A model generated the notes under the pieces. The model had not been told where the DNA came from. It searched no databases and saw only the letters and a program-made list of their open reading frames with translations. Positions 29,434 through 32,000 of a DNA stretch of 32,000 nucleotides are shown here, in pieces (positions within the stretch are counted from its first letter, which is position 1; each line of letters starts with the position of its first letter). This stretch comes from an uncultured Candidatus Neoarthromitus sp. (GTDB lineage: Bacteria > Bacillota > Clostridia > Clostridiales > Clostridiaceae). Location: NCBI GenBank assembly GCA_937890765.1, contig CALADQ010000012.1, forward strand, positions 29,043 through 61,042. Direction: 5' to 3'. Both the position numbers and the translations under genes were made by a program.

Positions 29434-30768
29434 TTAAATTTGTTCACCTTCTAAAGAAAATGATTTAGGTTTAGTGATTTTAACTTTTACAATTTTGCCG
29501 ATAGAATTTTCATCTCCAATAAAATTAACTAACTTTCCATTCTCAGTTCTTCCACTTAATTTTGCAGAATCATTTTTCGACGCGCCTTCAACCAAAACAT
29601 CAACAATTTTATCTTGATACGTTGAATTTATTTCAGCACAAATATTATTAACAGTTTCTACAAGTCTGTTAAATCTCGCATGCTTAACTTCATCTGGAAT
29701 TTGGTTTGGCATAATGTCCGCACGCGTATACTTTCTGTTTGAATATAAAAACATAAATGCTGAATCATATCTAACTCTCTTAACAAGATCGAGAGTTTCT
29801 TCAAATTCTTCTTCCGTCTCTCCAGGAAATCCAACAATTATATCTGTTGTAATTGCTAAATCTGGAATCAACGATTTAATTTTTTCAATTTTTTCTAAAT
29901 ACTCTTCTCTTGTATAATGTCTGTTCATAACTTTCAAAACTCTATTCGAACCACTTTGAACAGGCAAATGAAGTTGATTGCAAACCTTATCACAATCTTT
30001 CATAACCTCAATTAAATCATCTGAAAAATCTTTTGGATGTGATGTCATATACCTAATTCGTTCAATTCCATCAATCTCATTTATTTTTCTAAGTAACTTT
30101 GGAAAATCTATATCTTCTTCTAATCCTCTTCCATATGAATTTACATTTTGGCCTAACAAAGTTATCTCTTTGTATCCTTCAGCAGCCAAACCTTTAATTT
30201 CATTTATAATGTCTACAGATTTTCGCGATTTCTCCTTACCTCTAACCTGAGGAACAACACAATAAGTACAGAAATTATTGCAACCATACATGATAGTCAC
30301 AAAAGCTTTTAAAGAGCTTTTTCTATCTATCGTCATTCCTTCGACAATTTCATCTGAACCAGATTCAATTTCAAGAATTCGTTCATCATTCATTATTACA
30401 CGATTTAAATATTCAGGAAATTTATGTAGATTATGAGTTCCAAAAATAATATCAACAAAAGGATATTTTTTAGATATTTCTTGTGGAATTCCTTTTTGTT
30501 GCATCATGCAACCACAAACAGCGATTATAAGATTTTTCTTTTGTCTTTTTAATCCTTTAAGTTGTCCAAGATTTCCATGAACTTTTAGTTCAGCATTTTC
30601 CCTAACGCAACAAGTATTAAAAATTATAACATCAGCTTCGTTTCTATTTTCGCAAGCACGATATCCCATGGATATAAGCATACCAGATAATTTTTCTGAA
30701 TCTTCTTCATTCATCTGGCAACCCCACGTTTCAATAAAATAGAATTTATTTTTTTGCAAAATATTCAA
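29434..30768 (-). CDS. miaB: tRNA-2-methylthio-N6-dimethylallyladenosine synthase MiaB
   Basis: [27 protein letters not shown], radical [56 protein letters not shown]-like [17 protein letters not shown]. Confidence 0.97.
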   Translation of the reverse strand: MNILQKNKFYFIETWGCQMNEEDSEKLSGMLISMGYRACENRNEADVIIFNTCCVRENAELKVHGNLGQLKGLKRQKKNLIIAVCGCMMQQKGIPQEISKKYPFVDIIFGTHNLHKFPEYLNRVIMNDERILEIESGSDEIVEGMTIDRKSSLKAFVTIMYGCNNFCTYCVVPQVRGKEKSRKSVDIINEIKGLAAEGYKEITLLGQNVNSYGRGLEEDIDFPKLLRKINEIDGIERIRYMTSHPKDFSDDLIEVMKDCDKVCNQLHLPVQSGSNRVLKVMNRHYTREEYLEKIEKIKSLIPDLAITTDIIVGFPGETEEEFEETLDLVKRVRYDSAFMFLYSNRKYTRADIMPNQIPDEVKHARFNRLVETVNNICAEINSTYQDKIVDVLVEGASKNDSAKLSGRTENGKLVNFIGDENSIGKIVKVKITKPKSFSLEGEQI

Positions 30769-30805
30769 TATTAAAACCTTGCCCCTTTCATTAATTTGTC
30801 AGCTA

Positions 30806-30834
30806 ATTATAACACATAAAAAGGACATCAACAA
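30806..30834 (-). promoter_or_regulatory. Predicted promoter of the miaB-mutS-mutL-miaA block: TTGTTG, N17, TATAAT on - strand
   Basis: Complement of ATTATA (30806-30811) and CAACAA (30829-30834), 17-nt spacer, just upstream of miaB. Confidence 0.7.
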
Positions 30835-30976
30835 CTTAAGCCGACATCCCTAATTTTAAAATTTCAACATTTTTAAATACAAAATAATTTAATATTCTTT
30901 AACAAAACATAAAAACGGAATAAATTGTATTATTTACAACAAAATAAAAACTACATTATATTTATCACATGCAAAA

Positions 30977-31207
30977 TCAAATTAAATCTTGATTCCATTT
31001 TTTAAAATGTCTTTCTCCAATTCCGTCTTCAAGCAATTTATATTTTTGTATTAAACTTTTAATTATCCTATCATCGTCAATGGTAAATTCCGAAAAGGTA
31101 CTTGCTGCCTCTTTATATCCTAGCCCGAATCCTAATTCAAACCCTAATTCAAATCCGTTTTTATAATTGTCATCTAACACTTCCTGTTTTTCAACAAAAA
31201 AAGCCAT
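30977..31207 (-). CDS. Small uncharacterised protein (~76 aa) with GFELGFELGFGLGYK repeats
   Basis: ORF preceded by TTGGAGGATGACTTTATGG. The GGAGG overlaps the first ATG of the track ORF, so the start is most likely ATG at 31207. Own promoter candidate upstream. Confidence 0.6.
   Translation of the reverse strand: MAFFVEKQEVLDDNYKNGFELGFELGFGLGYKEAASTFSEFTIDDDRIIKSLIQKYKLLEDGIGERHFKKWNQDLI
31131..31154. repeat. Two 12-bp tandem units (cctaattcaaac/cctaattcaaat) with flanking degenerate copies inside the small ORF
   Basis: Direct reading of sequence; encodes the FELG repeats on the - strand. Confidence 0.85.
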
Positions 31208-31266
31208 AAAGTCATCCTCCAATTATATTTTGATTAATTAAGCTAATTAAGATTATGTTAAGATAG

Positions 31267-31294
31267 ATTCTATCATAAAATAAATTCATGTAAA
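31267..31294 (-). promoter_or_regulatory. Predicted promoter of the small ORF: TTTACA, N16, TAGAAT on - strand
   Basis: Complement of TGTAAA (31289-31294) and ATTCTA (31267-31272). The -10 lies inside the palindrome GATAG-ATT-CTATC (31262-31274). Confidence 0.5.
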
Positions 31295-31379
31295 ATAGAA
31301 TTTGGATTTACATAAAAATTTGATTTGACTAATTTTGTTATAAAAACGTTTATTTCATTTGCAATCTCAATTTTTTTCA

Positions 31380-31411
31380 AAATTAAAAAAAGACACTTTA
31401 AAAAGTGTCTT
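31380..31411 (-). terminator. Terminator at the 3' end of the ABC ATPase gene
   Basis: AAGACACTTT (31390-31399) / AAAGTGTCTT (31402-31411), followed on the - strand by a T-run (complement of AAAAAA). Confidence 0.85.
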
Positions 31412-32000
31412 AAACATATTGAGTCATTTCAATTAACTTTTCCACAAAATCACTTGCAGGATTATTCCTAACCTCTTCAGTCCTGCCATATTGTTGAATT
31501 TTTCCTTTATCCAAAACTAGAGTGTGGGTGCTTAATTTAAATGCCTCGTTAATGTCGTGAGTTATGAAAATAACAGTGCAATTTGTTTTATTGTGAATTT
31601 CTTTTAAATCTTTTTGTAATTGACATCGCGTTATTGAATCAACAGCTCCGAAAGGCTCGTCCATCAACAATATATCCGGATTATTTGCGTAAGCTCTTGC
31701 AATTCCAACTCTTTGTTGTTGCCCACCAGATAATTCATTTGGATATCTACGTTTAATATTTTCATCTAAATTAACTAATTTCAACATTTCAGAAACAACT
31801 TGTGCAACTTCTTCTTTAGGTTTTTTTTCAAGTCTTGGAACATAACCTATGTTTTCTTCAATTGTCATGTGAGGAAATAAACAATTTCCTTGAATGGCAT
31901 ATCCAATTTTCTTACGCAAAGAAATTAAATTTTCTGAAAAAATATTTTTTCCACGTATTAGGATTTCACCGCTATCAGGTTGTATTAAACCATTAACCAT
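31410..32000 (-). CDS. Osmoprotectant/glycine betaine-type ABC transporter ATP-binding protein (5' truncated by window)
   Basis: SLRKKIGYAIQGNCLFPHMTIEENIGYVPRLEKK, signature NELSGGQQQRVGIARAYANNPDILLMDEPFGAVD, FITHDINEAFKLS (OpuCA/ProV-like). Confidence 0.85.
   Translation of the reverse strand: MVNGLIQPDSGEILIRGKNIFSENLISLRKKIGYAIQGNCLFPHMTIEENIGYVPRLEKKPKEEVAQVVSEMLKLVNLDENIKRRYPNELSGGQQQRVGIARAYANNPDILLMDEPFGAVDSITRCQLQKDLKEIHNKTNCTVIFITHDINEAFKLSTHTLVLDKGKIQQYGRTEEVRNNPASDFVEKLIEMTQYV

Noticed and set aside
28840-30250. + strand ORFs (95, 67, 90 aa) over mutS/miaB
   Set aside because: Antisense to MutS and MiaB; no independent coding signal.
16205-30768. rimO and miaB as a recent duplication
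   Set aside because: They are distant members of the methylthiotransferase family with distinct diagnostic motifs, widely conserved as separate genes, not a local duplication.
1-32000. CRISPR array, tRNA/rRNA genes, insertion sequences, phage genes, toxin-antitoxin or defence islands
   Set aside because: No regularly spaced repeats, tRNA-like cloverleafs, transposase motifs or defence-type domains found. Nearly all sequence is accounted for by conserved housekeeping genes.

Overview
AT-rich window with a conserved Clostridia/Bacillota housekeeping backbone. It has two gene blocks. The + strand block (1-22.76 kb) is polC(3' end)-rimP-nusA-rnpM(ylxR)-infB-rbfA-nrnA-like-truB-ribF-rpsO-pnp-[terminator]-ylmC/ymxH-like-aspartokinase-[terminator]-tepA-like-ftsK/spoIIIE-rimO-pgsA-recA-rny-spoVS-HPr-[terminator]-xerC/D-like. 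The - strand block (22.79-32 kb) is a methionine gamma-lyase/aluminium-resistance-like gene, miaA, mutL, mutS, miaB, a small uncharacterised ORF, and the 3' part of an osmoprotectant-type ABC ATPase. SpoVS, a YmxH-like protein, a TepA-like protein and SpoIIIE/FtsK together suggest a spore-forming or spore-former-derived lineage. I found no CRISPR array, tRNA/rRNA, transposon, phage module, toxin-antitoxin pair or recognisable defence cassette. I see no convincing evidence of a large undescribed system. The best second-look items are: a probable attenuator leader of the rimP-nusA operon; candidate structured leaders of rpsO and rny; an 11-bp hairpin between rpsO and pnp; a small orphan gene near 31.1 kb with Gly-x-Glu-Leu-Gly repeats and a palindrome over its -10; terminators overlapping stop codons; and missing members of otherwise conserved neighbourhoods (ylxQ, ylxP, hfq).
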